64,000 bases of DNA from Oopsacas minuta. Its lineage: Eukaryota > Animalia > Porifera. Position numbers and translations under genes: made by a program. The DNA is taken from contig JAKMXF010000032.1 in the NCBI GenBank assembly GCA_024704765.1, forward strand, positions 1-64,000, given 5' to 3'. The notes beneath the pieces are model-generated. The model was not told the origin of the DNA. It was given only the letters and a program-made list of their open reading frames with translations, and did no database searches. Below are positions 12,367 to 22,950 of this stretch, one piece after another (within the stretch, counting starts at the first letter, position 1; the number at the start of each line of letters is the position of its first letter).

Positions 12367-14567
12367 ATGGCTGAAGCAACAATTGTATCTGAAAGCCCGA
12401 AAACACGTCTTGACTTGGCTACCATATTGAAGGTTCACGGCTATGATATCAATCAAGCTGCAGATGAAGTGGTGCGTATACTAAATCTCGAAGAAGACAA
12501 GATACATTCTGCATACTCTCTGATGTCTAAAGTATTATTTAATTTCAGAAAGAGTAAGAAATCTATTGAGAGCTTAGATGGTGAGTGGTGGAGTGCAAGT
12601 ATTCCATGGATCCCTGTTAAACCCAAGAGCACTCAATCATTCATTTCTGTTTCAGGTTGTGAAGTAGAAAGCGGTGTTATATTGGTTCCAAATGTAGAGA
12701 GGAGAAAATCAATTGATAACATTCAAGTTCGTTCAAAGAAGATAAGGTTTGATCAGACTGGGATACTTACTTCCATCCGTCAGTTAGCACAACTTGAAAA
12801 TATTTCAGTTATTCGCTACGTTGCTCTCCTCTGTATATTGTAGCTGTAGAACAAATTGGTTTTAAAGGTATCGCAATATCGCTTGGAAAATCTATAAGGA
12901 AGAATCGATACTAACCCTTAGTAACATAGTTTCACCAGAAAAATCAACATTCTTAGCATACCAACTTAAGCTGGGGAAAGGAAAATGGCGAGATCTTAAA
13001 TATTATCTCCAATCAGAAGGCCTCGATTTGGCAACTTGGGAAAAATTAGTGAAATTAGAAAATCAATTGTTCCAAAATTCGACTGGTATCCAAATGTTTC
13101 CAATCTTATAGGAGTCTATATATCTTACTCATCACATGTAATTTCTCTCTTTGACCTGTTGTTAAAGGAATGTGTGCTAAATCTTCCTGTACCACACTTC
13201 TATCCATTAACACTCAAACTCAAGCATGGACTGGATGGTTCTGGATCTCATTCCTCTCCTGGGTTATTGTCAGCCCTGAATATAGACCGATCAAGTTATA
13301 TTGTCTTCATGGTTTCACCCATTCAAGTAATAGATCGTTTCGGGAATGTTCTGTGGGAAAATAGGCATCCTAACTCCTGTTTTTCCAACCAACCAGTAGC
13401 ACTTATTTGCCAAAAGGAGACTATTGACACTGATAGAATTGAGCAAGTTACTAAACCCTGAAATTGTTTCACTAAATGAGAATGGTTTTGATCAGCTAAA
13501 TGGCCATGTTAAAGTAGAGGTTAAAGCTTCAATGTTTGACGGAAAAATGTTAGCAACAATGACAGGTAAAGGAGGAGCGCCATGTATTGCCTGCAAAGCA
13601 ACCCGAAGTGATATCGATAGTATTACGAAAGTTGTTTGCGGGTTTCCTTTAGATTGTTCGATAGAGGATATAAAAGAGACAATCCGTCAGTTAACCTCTG
13701 ATGGAAAAGAGCTGATGAGCTACAATACAAAGCAACGGTGTGGGATTATACACGAACCTGCAAGTGGCATTGATGTATTTCCTGCAGCACCTTTACATTC
13801 TTACCTAAGTATTTTAGATTGGTTTTTTACCTCATCTACCGAATTGCAGCAGGAAAGTCCAAGTGGACTGAAGATTAAATGGTGCGAGATTATCGAGGTT
13901 TAGTATGCAAGCGTATCCATGAGCTTACGAACTTATTATTCGACCAACCAGGAGGAAGTGGGAACACAAGCACTGATAACATGGCAAGAACATTTTTTCA
14001 TATACAAACCCGTGTTTTATGATCGCTTTATCGTTTGTACCAAATGTTTATAGAGATGCTCTAACAGAGATTCACAGGAATTTATCTGCATTACTCAGAG
14101 TTGCTAGTAGTAATGAAGTTGTCGATGTAGACAGATTTCGTGTGTCAAGTCAAGAAACCTACATACTAATCTTGCAAACCTTTCCCTTGGTATCTATTAG
14201 CAATACACTACACAAATTCTTGCCTCATGTCCATCAGTTTATTGAGAGAAATGACAGCGTAGGATTGTGTAGTCTTTCTGAAGAAGGGTCAGAACAAAGA
14301 CTTAAGTTGATCCGAGAGTTCTCAGCATATTTGAGCAGGAAATCAGATTTTCTAAGTGGGTTAAGTGATGTTGCGATGAGGCTCTACATCTATGGTTGTC
14401 CAATTCTGAATGAAAAATTCAGAAAGACCATCATTTGTTCCACCTGTGGTCAAGTAGGTCATCAAAAGAATTGTGTAAACACCAGGCAAGGTGAAAACGT
14501 TACTAATAATATTGATAATGAAGATTCTCTCCTTCAAAATTCCATAAATGAACTCTTCTTGTATTAA
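12367..14567 (+). pseudogene. Near-complete RAG1-like (RAG1L/Transib superfamily) transposase with several stops and frameshifts (copy 2)
   Basis: NBD-like RRKSIDNIQVRSKKIR...; VSPEKSTFLAYQLKLGKGKWRDLK; KHGLDGSG (D at 13234); LWENRHPNSCFSNQPVALICQKE; MFDGKM (D at 13538); CIAC; PLHSY; TLHKFLPHVHQFIERNDSVGLCSLSEEGSEQ (E at 14292); C-terminal CSTCGQVGHQKNC (14436-14474). Motifs are colinear with RAG1 core as recalled. Confidence 0.9.
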
Positions 14568-14852
14568 CATTAAGTCATCAATAAGACACTCGTATGTTAG
14601 TTATTCTTCAGTTACCATAGCCATAATATATTCATATTCTATTTCTTTTAATAAAAACTAAGTTTAGTGTATATCTAGATTTCTGTGTTACTGTATATTG
14701 TACTTGAGATTATGTCATATATATTGAAAGCCTGATGTGATACAACAAATTGAAATCAACAAAAGAACCGCAATAGTCGACTTACTATACAGTAATAATG
14801 TATTTTATAAGCCTATCTCTAAAATTGAATGCGTAAAACCCTAATACTAGTA

Positions 14853-17193
14853 CAGTATGTCCTCTCTAATAGTCCACCTACTGGCAACGGTAGTTGAGGT
14901 GGACTATTACAGGTATTGGACTATTAGAGTTTAACATGTGTAAATACCGAAATTAATGTGCAGTATATACATATTTATACATCACATGAAGTGTCCAATT
15001 GTGGAACAAAATACTCCCTAAGGACAGTTTGCTTTGAGTTTAGGTCCTTTATCTCAGCTTTCAAGTCTAGGCATTTGGGATACACCCTTGTGAGCATATA
15101 AGTAGCTTCATCTTCATCTAATGATGACATTATTTGTATAACCTTCTCAACCATTTCAATGCCTTCAGTAATGTTCACACTATTGAGAGCTTCCATTCGA
15201 GTAAGAGGTTGTACTTCAGAATCTGAATCATCATCTGCACTTAATGGATCTGGCGGTATGTCCACGCTGCTAGGATCTATCTCCATTGAAGTTTCAGTTG
15301 CACCATCGTTTCCTGCAGTGGGTTGCACATCTTCTCGTTCAAGTGCCATTTGAACTTCATCTTGTTTAACAAGATCACCATCTTCGATATCAAACCAGTC
15401 ATTTAGTACATCAACGAGACCTGCAGGATCATTTTTAGCTTGCCATTGAAGAGCAACAAACTCTCCAATGAAATGCTCTCTCCCTATTGCAGGAGGAGGT
15501 TGATCATTGTCATCCTGGCTCGAGGGTTGACTGCTGATAGTTGCATACTGCAACAAACTGCTTAACTCTTCAACAGCTGGCAGACTCAATGGTCGACGAT
15601 AAGTCTCAAGACCCTCTACATGACATGTAGGCAGAATGTCTGCTTTCAACCAGCAATTTAGTAGAGTTGACTGGTTCATTGATTCCCACACCTCGTGCAC
15701 TATTGTTGCAGCATCTAAGAGGTTCGGTGGGTAAGCATGATTTAGCCCTCTAACTCCTGCTGTAATGGAGGCTCCAATTGCTCGCAATTCATCATACCTT
15801 TCAAGGTTTTTAACCATTGAATGTAGCATGTTGGACTTGTACTTCCTCTTAAGTGCAGCGATAATGCCCTGATCCATAGGTTGATGGACTGATGTACAGT
15901 TTGGTGGTAGCAAAACCCACTTGACCTGTGGGTCTTGAAGAGCAGCATCAGTTTCATCATGGGAACCAAAGTTGTCAGCTATCAGAATGACTGGTCTGGA
16001 TGTCCTCTTTCGAATTGCTGGCAGAAAGACATCATGGAACCACCATTTAGTCAGTACATGATCATTCCATGCATTCTTCTGCGAGTTGTATGGCAAAGGA
16101 GATGGACATGTTCGAAAGCAACGAGGCTGGGCTGCCTTCCCAATCATAGCAAGAGGAATCTTGTGTGTGCCTATTGCATTAGTGCACGTGATAAGGGTGA
16201 CACGATCCTTTGCTTTTTGAGCTTTAGTTCCCCGTGTACGTCGTCGCTGTTCATTTGGTGCAGTATACGTTGCACTAGGAATCAATCTAAAGTACAAGCC
16301 AGTTTCATCCCAGTTGTATATAAGCTCTGGGTCATACTCCTCTAGCATTTTTTTAATTTCCTGGATCCTCTCTTTAATATCTTCTGGGTTTACGTCGCCT
16401 GCTTCCCCATGCAGGCGAACACTCTTTCCTGTGCTGTTTCTTTTCATCAGCTTTTGCCACCAACCATTTGATGCTTTAAACTCATGTTCACCAAGGGATT
16501 TGGCCACTTGTTCAGCATACACCTTTATAATACTCAAAGAAATAGGCATAGGTTTGCGTCTGTTACGAAGAAGAGAAACAAATGCTACTACTTTTTCTTC
16601 TATAGCCCTATACTTGATCTCACGATTACGTCGAAGATCACCAGATGTCGTAAGAAGTTGTTGCTTGAGCTTCTTTGCACTCCACAAAACTCGGTTTATC
16701 GTCTTTACAGTGACATTATACTGTTTTGCAAGCATAGTCTGGTTAACTCGGACCAAGGTGGATTCTACAGAGTTGGGTTGAAAGCCACTTTTTAGTGCTT
16801 GATCAATCACATCACATTTCTGCTTCAGTGTAAGCTCAACCCTTTGCTTCTTTGCGGCAAGCTGAGCTGTGGTGCATTTCTTGCCTTTTCTTGTTGAAGC
16901 ACCTCTTAGGTGAATAGGTTGCTTTCGACCAGGAGCCATTGCTAAAAAACTGAGCTAGAAAACTGAGCTAGAACTAAAACAGGCTAGCAGTTGTCAGCAG
17001 TGCAGGTTATAACAAGCAGCTGCCAGATTCTAAATAGTGCCTGTTTTAACAAGCAGCTGCCAGCACTGCAGTGCACTCTGTACACTTATGTAACATTGTT
17101 TACACCTACAAATACAAATGGGTTTTGGGTATCTGCTAGACTATTAGAGGATTTGGACTATAAGGGAGGTGGACTATTAGAGAGGACATACTG
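14853..17193 (-). mobile_element. Full-length pogo/Tigger transposon
   Basis: Perfect 27-bp TIRs CAGTATGTCCTCTCTAATAGTCCACCT; TA on both sides. Confidence 0.97.
14975..16939 (-). CDS. pogo transposase (CENP-B-type HTH plus DDE_1), intact 654 aa, DD33D
   Basis: FKASNGWWQK; YNWDETGL; LIADNFGSH; QPMDQG; uninterrupted ORF. Confidence 0.95.
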   Translation of the reverse strand: MAPGRKQPIHLRGASTRKGKKCTTAQLAAKKQRVELTLKQKCDVIDQALKSGFQPNSVESTLVRVNQTMLAKQYNVTVKTINRVLWSAKKLKQQLLTTSGDLRRNREIKYRAIEEKVVAFVSLLRNRRKPMPISLSIIKVYAEQVAKSLGEHEFKASNGWWQKLMKRNSTGKSVRLHGEAGDVNPEDIKERIQEIKKMLEEYDPELIYNWDETGLYFRLIPSATYTAPNEQRRRTRGTKAQKAKDRVTLITCTNAIGTHKIPLAMIGKAAQPRCFRTCPSPLPYNSQKNAWNDHVLTKWWFHDVFLPAIRKRTSRPVILIADNFGSHDETDAALQDPQVKWVLLPPNCTSVHQPMDQGIIAALKRKYKSNMLHSMVKNLERYDELRAIGASITAGVRGLNHAYPPNLLDAATIVHEVWESMNQSTLLNCWLKADILPTCHVEGLETYRRPLSLPAVEELSSLLQYATISSQPSSQDDNDQPPPAIGREHFIGEFVALQWQAKNDPAGLVDVLNDWFDIEDGDLVKQDEVQMALEREDVQPTAGNDGATETSMEIDPSSVDIPPDPLSADDDSDSEVQPLTRMEALNSVNITEGIEMVEKVIQIMSSLDEDEATYMLTRVYPKCLDLKAEIKDLNSKQTVLREYFVPQLDTSCDV

Positions 17194-17195
17194 TA

Positions 17196-17218
17196 ATTCG
17201 CAATAATATCCCACTGTG
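17196..17218 (-). repeat. RSS-like terminus (CACAGTG) downstream of RAG1-like copy 2, split by the pogo insertion
   Basis: CACTGTG at 17212-17218. With the pogo removed, the minus strand reads CACAGTGGGATATTATTGCGAATTACTAGTATTAGGGT, sharing CACAGTGG and GTATTAGGGT with the 10764 end. Confidence 0.7.
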
Positions 17219-17222
17219 CTAC

Positions 17223-17650
17223 TGTAACAAATTTCAAAGATTAATCCAAAATTGTTGTCCTTTTTCGTATATTGCATTGTAAACGTGATGTACCCCAATT
17301 TCTTAAAGTTCATGGACTACAATAATTGATAGATACAACTAGCAAAAGCTCATGACAATTTACTAATAAATATCTATAGCTATTACTGCATAATCTCCAA
17401 TAGAGAGTACCTTATCAGTTAATTTACTCAATCAACTCTATTACAATACTTCCTCTCTACTTCTAAGCTCGTCCCTGAGCTTATCAGGTGATATAATCTC
17501 CCTGATAACATGGCTTCTTTCTAATTCTGGCTGATCTCCTTAATTCTTTATTACTACTCAGTAAATTGATTATAATAAAGCATTATTGTAAAATCAGTCA
17601 TAGAGATAAGAATTTGGTGCAAATATATTCTGAGCAATTCTTTATGACCT
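17223..17650 (-). mobile_element. Gypsy-like LTR retrotransposon 3' remnant (pol tail, PPT, about 223-bp LTR)
   Basis: Minus strand encodes LSSNKELRRSARIRKKPCYQGDYIT*, then purine tract AGAAGTAGAGAGGAAGTA, then an LTR TGTAA(17445)...TTACA(17223). Confidence 0.7.
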
Positions 17651-18229
17651 GCACAGTATATTCATAAAACAACAATAAATTTACATATGATTAATCCAAA
17701 AGTATTAAAATTGGATTCAACATGTTCGATACATTTAGTAAAGATTATTGAATTCTATTTACTTCCTTGATAAGCACGACAATACATAGTTATGCGGAAA
17801 TTTCAAAAGTGTATACCATAAATCCTTTCCTTGACAACGGATAAACAAACAATATTTGAGATATATTAACATAGATTTCATGTAATCGAGTTGAGTTTGA
17901 CTGCTATAAACTAAGGATGGGAACCTTTTGAATTCCCCAAGTAGATAAATTTATAGGACACATATGTTAGTGAGAGAATAGAATATCATTTTTTGACGTA
18001 ATTGAAATTATTTCATTCAATTGTTGTCCTATTTGCGTCAATTCCGCATTCTCCCCTATGCTATGTATATATGTGCCAAACCATATAGTTGGCCCTAGCC
18101 ACACCTATGCTCGCAACAACCTTTCCACAAAAATTATAGGAACCTCTATTCAAAATCCTCTCACAAATTCAAGATTTTATTTCATAAAGATTCTCGCAGG
18201 ACCCATTCATACTTAGGTATATTTAATTA

Positions 18230-18830
18230 ACATTTCCTCACAAATATTCTAGTGACACATACTCAAGGATCGCTTTGGCTCAAGAGACGGACAAATATAA
18301 TATCTCTGTAATTTGTTGTGAATAAGAAATTCCTAGCAAGTTGTTTACGGTAACTTGGGATTAATTTATTGCATGCCTCCAATGCTTCTTCAGAAAAATT
18401 CTTCAACCCACAACCTCCATTACAATCTCGAATTGGTTCAGTTGGAGTGAGCTAGTAGACTATGGAGAGATGGAGTAACATTTTCTAAGAAAAGTTAGAG
18501 AATTTCGATTCGTAGGTACCCTTACCAAAGAATCCAGTCTCTATCTACTGCATGATTACTAATACGTATAATGTTTGTATTGAGAAAAACTTGTCTGCCA
18601 TATTTCAGTAGAAGTTGTTCCCCCATCACTGGATTGTTGGGGCCATTCTCAGCCCTGTTGTCTCGCATAAGAACCAGAAAACAGGGATGAGAATCGAACA
18701 AATTTCATTGAATCTTTTATACCTCTAGAGTTTGGCAACCATTCAAAAGTACCTGAAGCATGTGGTAGTTACGTAGCGTGATCTGAATATTTGCTGTTCA
18801 CAGGTGCGAAAGGTCCAGGAAACATTTGTT
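18230..18830 (-). pseudogene. RAG1/Transib-like transposase, C-terminal half fragment (copy 3)
   Basis: Manual translation: HASGTFEWLPNSRGIKDSMKFVR...SSDGGTTST...ENVTPSLHSLLAHS...GCGLKNFSEEALEACNKLIPSYRKQLARNFLFTTNYRDIIFVRLLSQSDP*. Confidence 0.82.
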
Positions 18831-18906
18831 CGTATTAGTATAGTCAACATACATTCAAATTCATGTGATGATATATTATTAAAAACGGAAGCCATATACC
18901 AATCTA

Positions 18907-20280
18907 CAGTGTGTTCGGAAATTATTGGGACTGATTATAAATGTATTCTACTATGAATTCATGACTCGTAGAGATTTCTCGTTTTAACACTAAGTTAAAA
19001 TACATATAGTTGAAGAAAAACTAGCATTATTATCACATTCTATCAATAATTATTTTTTTTCCCAGCATTGTCTAAACACAATCTAATTCTTTTGGGCATT
19101 GAAGTGCAAAAGGGACCGGAGAAAGTCTGGATCAAATGTTGCCCATATGTCCTGAATTGCCTGTTTTAGTTGGCTTACAGTTTTAGGATGAAGTACAATC
19201 AACCTCCTTTTCAAAACTGCCCACAGATTCTCAATGGGCGCTAGGTCTGGACTATTTGGCGGCCAATCAATTCTAAGGGGGACGAACTCCGTCTTCCACT
19301 CCTTAGCTGCTCTGCCAGTGTGCACAGGACTGTTATCCTCCTGTAAAACCCAGCTATCTCCGTATTTTGCGTTAGCCTCCTCAATAAGACACTCGCGAAG
19401 AGTGGAAATATACACCACCTGATTGAAATTTTCTGTGAAAATCCTCAGATGTGTAGTCCCCATTATCGAAATTCCACCCCAAAGATGAACTTTAGATGGA
19501 TGCCTGAAGGTTGGCAGATGAACCGTTTGTCCCTTTTTAATCCACATGTTGACTCTTCCAGAGTCAAGCCAAACTGAACATTCATCCGTAAAGAAGGTCT
19601 TACCTCCAATCAAAACACTTCATTTCTTTACACCAGGCGATTCTTTTGGAAATATGGAGGTCGGTGAGTACTGGAACTCGGACAGCCCGCTTGCTGACAA
19701 AGTTTTGCCTCTTTACCTGAGCATGAAGAGTACTTATGGATACAGGAGAGCTCAATCTCGGTAGTATAGAGCGTAGAGAGGTCCTCGGATTGCTTTGATA
19801 CAAAGCAGCTATCCTTCTTTTGTCATTTGCCTTGATTTTTGAAGGCCGACCAGCACCCCTTTTGTGCTGAAGGCTTTTTTTATCTTTTATCTGATTCAAG
19901 ACACGATATACAGTCTGCTTAGGTATACTTGTTCGCTGGCAGATATCCACTCCTTTGGTAATTCCTGCATTGTATAGTGTCTCTATTTGATTTCTGCGCT
20001 GTTGTTGGGTAGAGTGCTTGTACATTGTACAAAATATGCGGTCTTAGATGACGGAAATGGGGTCTCGAAATATATATAGGTATATTTGCTTGGGAATCAC
20101 AATATTTCAGCCAAACAAACGAAATATTATGTGAAATAGCGAATCTATTGGTTTTCTAACAATTATAGGAAGTGTATATATACAGTAAGGTAAATGGTTG
20201 TATAATATGTGCATAACCTGATATCCTTCATGGTGATTCAAGTTAATCATGAAAAGTTCCAATAATTTCCGAACATACTG
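18907..20280 (-). mobile_element. Tc1 DD34E transposon; transposase 19083-20025 frameshifted near 19600
   Basis: TIRs CAGTGTGTTCGGAAATTATTGG / CCAATAATTTCCGAACATACTG, TA flanks; FTDECS, QEDNSPVH, SPDLAPIEN. Confidence 0.94.
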
Positions 20281-20869
20281 TAGTAATATACATTTATACA
20301 ACTGTTTGAATACACTGTATTGCAGTGAGTTGATTGAATGCAATTACTTAGTTGGATATCATCCAAAAAACATTTTAAGAAATCACAATAACTATAACTG
20401 TAGTTTTGAAATTATAATCTATAATACAAAGGATTTATATTCTTTTATGTTATACAAAACAGGGTTTCTTGCAGGATAGTTTGCTGGGGGAACTATTGAT
20501 CACGCACTATAGAGAACACTTTCTGTATATTGTATCATGCGTACTGTTAGTGTTGTCATAACACCAAATATTAGGAATTATGGCTAGGGGCAATCCTAGG
20601 GCGCCCCCTCTGTTTAAACCCGATTAAATTGTTTTGTTAATTGAGACAAACTCTGGTAATAGAGTGAAAATTTGGAACTCAATCAATACGAAAATTCTCT
20701 TGAGTTAGGAAACTTTAATATACTAGGTACATGTATAAAATGTGGAGTAATATTTGTGAGTAAATTGGCAATATCAAATACTATATTGCAGTCATTGTTA
20801 TTAACATGACTAACGTAAGAAACAAAAAGAAGCGAAAGTTATATAAGTTGTGTATTCGATGGCATAACT

Positions 20870-22950
20870 AAGGGGTCTCCAAACGTTTTGCTTTGAAGGG
20901 CACTTTGTAACTTTTGATCATAATCCCTAGGCATATGAAAATTCGAAAGACTTGATGAAATTGTTTTATCATAACATGAATTTAAATACATACATTATTG
21001 TCATGTGTGAAATTGTCTCGTGTCATGTAAAAGCGTATCTATACAAGGTGCTATTTCAGTTGATGCGATACGCAATACATCATGTAGATGTTCATCCGTC
21101 ATATTTGACCAATACCTATTCTTCGTATACTTCATTTTGCAGAAGAGGGCTTCACAAGTATAAGTACTCCCAAATAAGCTGGCCATCCTCCTTGCGTGTC
21201 CAAGGATAAATGGATATGTATCAGTTGGTAGGACTTTGTAGAAGTCTAAAATACTGAGATTCTTGGATATCTCATCTAATTTTACCTCCCTAAACTTTTC
21301 CTTTCAAATTAATATTGGCTTGTAGATCAAGAAGCTCCAGCTGAATTTCATCAGAAGCACACTGGACATCAAAACAGAAAGGCTGAGTGAAGGGCATAAT
21401 TTTCTGTCCGTCCCTTCTAAAATCAGCAAATCGAGTTTTGAATTCTTCTATCAGGTGTGAAACTATCCTTGCATATCTTTTTCCGTCAGGATTTTCCATA
21501 GATCGAAGCTCCGAAAAGTGTGAGAAGTTGTTTTTTGAGAGCTGCGTCTCAAATAGACTAGGCATCGCCTCAAAAGCACATATGGTGCCGAAAAGCTCAT
21601 GATTATGCTTCATTTACCTTGAAGAGCAGAATTTAAACTGTTTAGATGAGTTGAGATATCCACCAAAATGCTACATCCATGAGCCAAGCGGGATTTTGAA
21701 ATTCATGAACCTTATTCCCCTTTTCCTCCATAAAGCACGATTTCTTATCGCATAACATTCACACCCCCTTAAGAACTGCTCTTCTACTAAGCCACCGAAC
21801 AGCTGTGAAATAGAGTACATCACCGTACTCTGAATCTAGCTTTTTTAAAATATGTTTAGATTTTCTATGGTTGATTCCCTTGGCTCTGATAAAATTCACA
21901 GCATCAAGAATAAGTTTCTTAACGTTATTTATACAAGTGTTTTTGCGCATAAAACTTCCTGGTGAATAATACAGTGGTACCATATCACTCCGTCACGGCC
22001 ATTAGCAGCTAAATACCGCGACAACTGTCCCTTAAGACCACTTCCTATTCCAAGCATGGACGGCGCTCCGTCTGTTGTAACTCGAGACAGTTTCGTGACC
22101 TATAAAGTAGCTTTTGATTAGACTTTTTGTGCTTCATCAAAAATATCAATACCATGGGCTTTTCCATACATAGGACTGAGTGATAACATTCCTCAGTTAT
22201 TTTGAAGTTATTATCAACTCCCCTAATCCAGATGACTAATTGTTCCACATCAAAATGTCTTTGCCTTCATCTATTGCGATGCTGTAAGAGGTGAAGTTTC
22301 GAGCCCTTTCTAAAAGTTGTTCATTAATATTATTCGAAATTGATTCTACACGTCGCATTACGGGTGTATCACTAAGACTCAGCTGTTGTGCAAGATCATT
22401 CTTGTCTGGACAGCAAATTATCCATGAACACAGCTAGGCACTCTTTGATATACTCACCATCTGTAAATGGTTTCATTCGCCTTGCAAAAATATTACTAAT
22501 GGCTTAACTTGCTGCTGTTACCGACTTTCTTGATGTATCCACTTTCTTGAAGACTGACTGTTCCGTAGTCAAACTTTTCTTCATTTGATCAAGTTTAATC
22601 TGACGAGCTTCGCTAACATCACTAGTGAAATCTTCTCCATGTTTAGTATTAGAATACCTATCCAGATTTCTTCTCTTATTGCAAGCAATGGTATCACGGT
22701 AAATCAGAAATTTATTTTTCTCTCTGTCCTTGACCAAGAAAAACTCGTGCTCCCAATCAATATTGAAGAGTCTATTTCCTTTAAATATCTTAAGCTTTGA
22801 GGACGGATGTGACGCCATCTTGAAACTCAGTAAAATGTTTAAAGATCTTTGATTAAGAATCTCGCTAGCTTGGTAAGTACAAGATTAATCAATATAATAT
22901 AATACTGTAGTATTGTTAAGATTCTATTTCAATTTATATATCACAGTACT
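20870..22950 (-). mobile_element. hAT (Buster/GTF2IRD2-like) element, copy 1, 5'-truncated pseudogene
   Basis: AGGGGTCTCCAAAC end at about 20871; fragmented ORFs ([32 protein letters not shown]) nearly identical to the 34221-36486 copy in inverted orientation. Confidence 0.9.

Noticed and set aside
15159-16795. Plus-strand ORFs overlapping the pogo CDS
   Set aside because: Antisense shadows of the long transposase ORF.
18230-18830. Candidate RAG2L, given its tail-to-tail position relative to the RAG1-like gene
   Set aside because: Translation shows another RAG1/Transib catalytic C-terminus, not kelch repeats or a PHD finger.
20590-20625. Minus-strand RGRPR resembling the RAG1 NBD AT-hook
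   Set aside because: No downstream homology; more likely a GC-rich TE subterminal motif.
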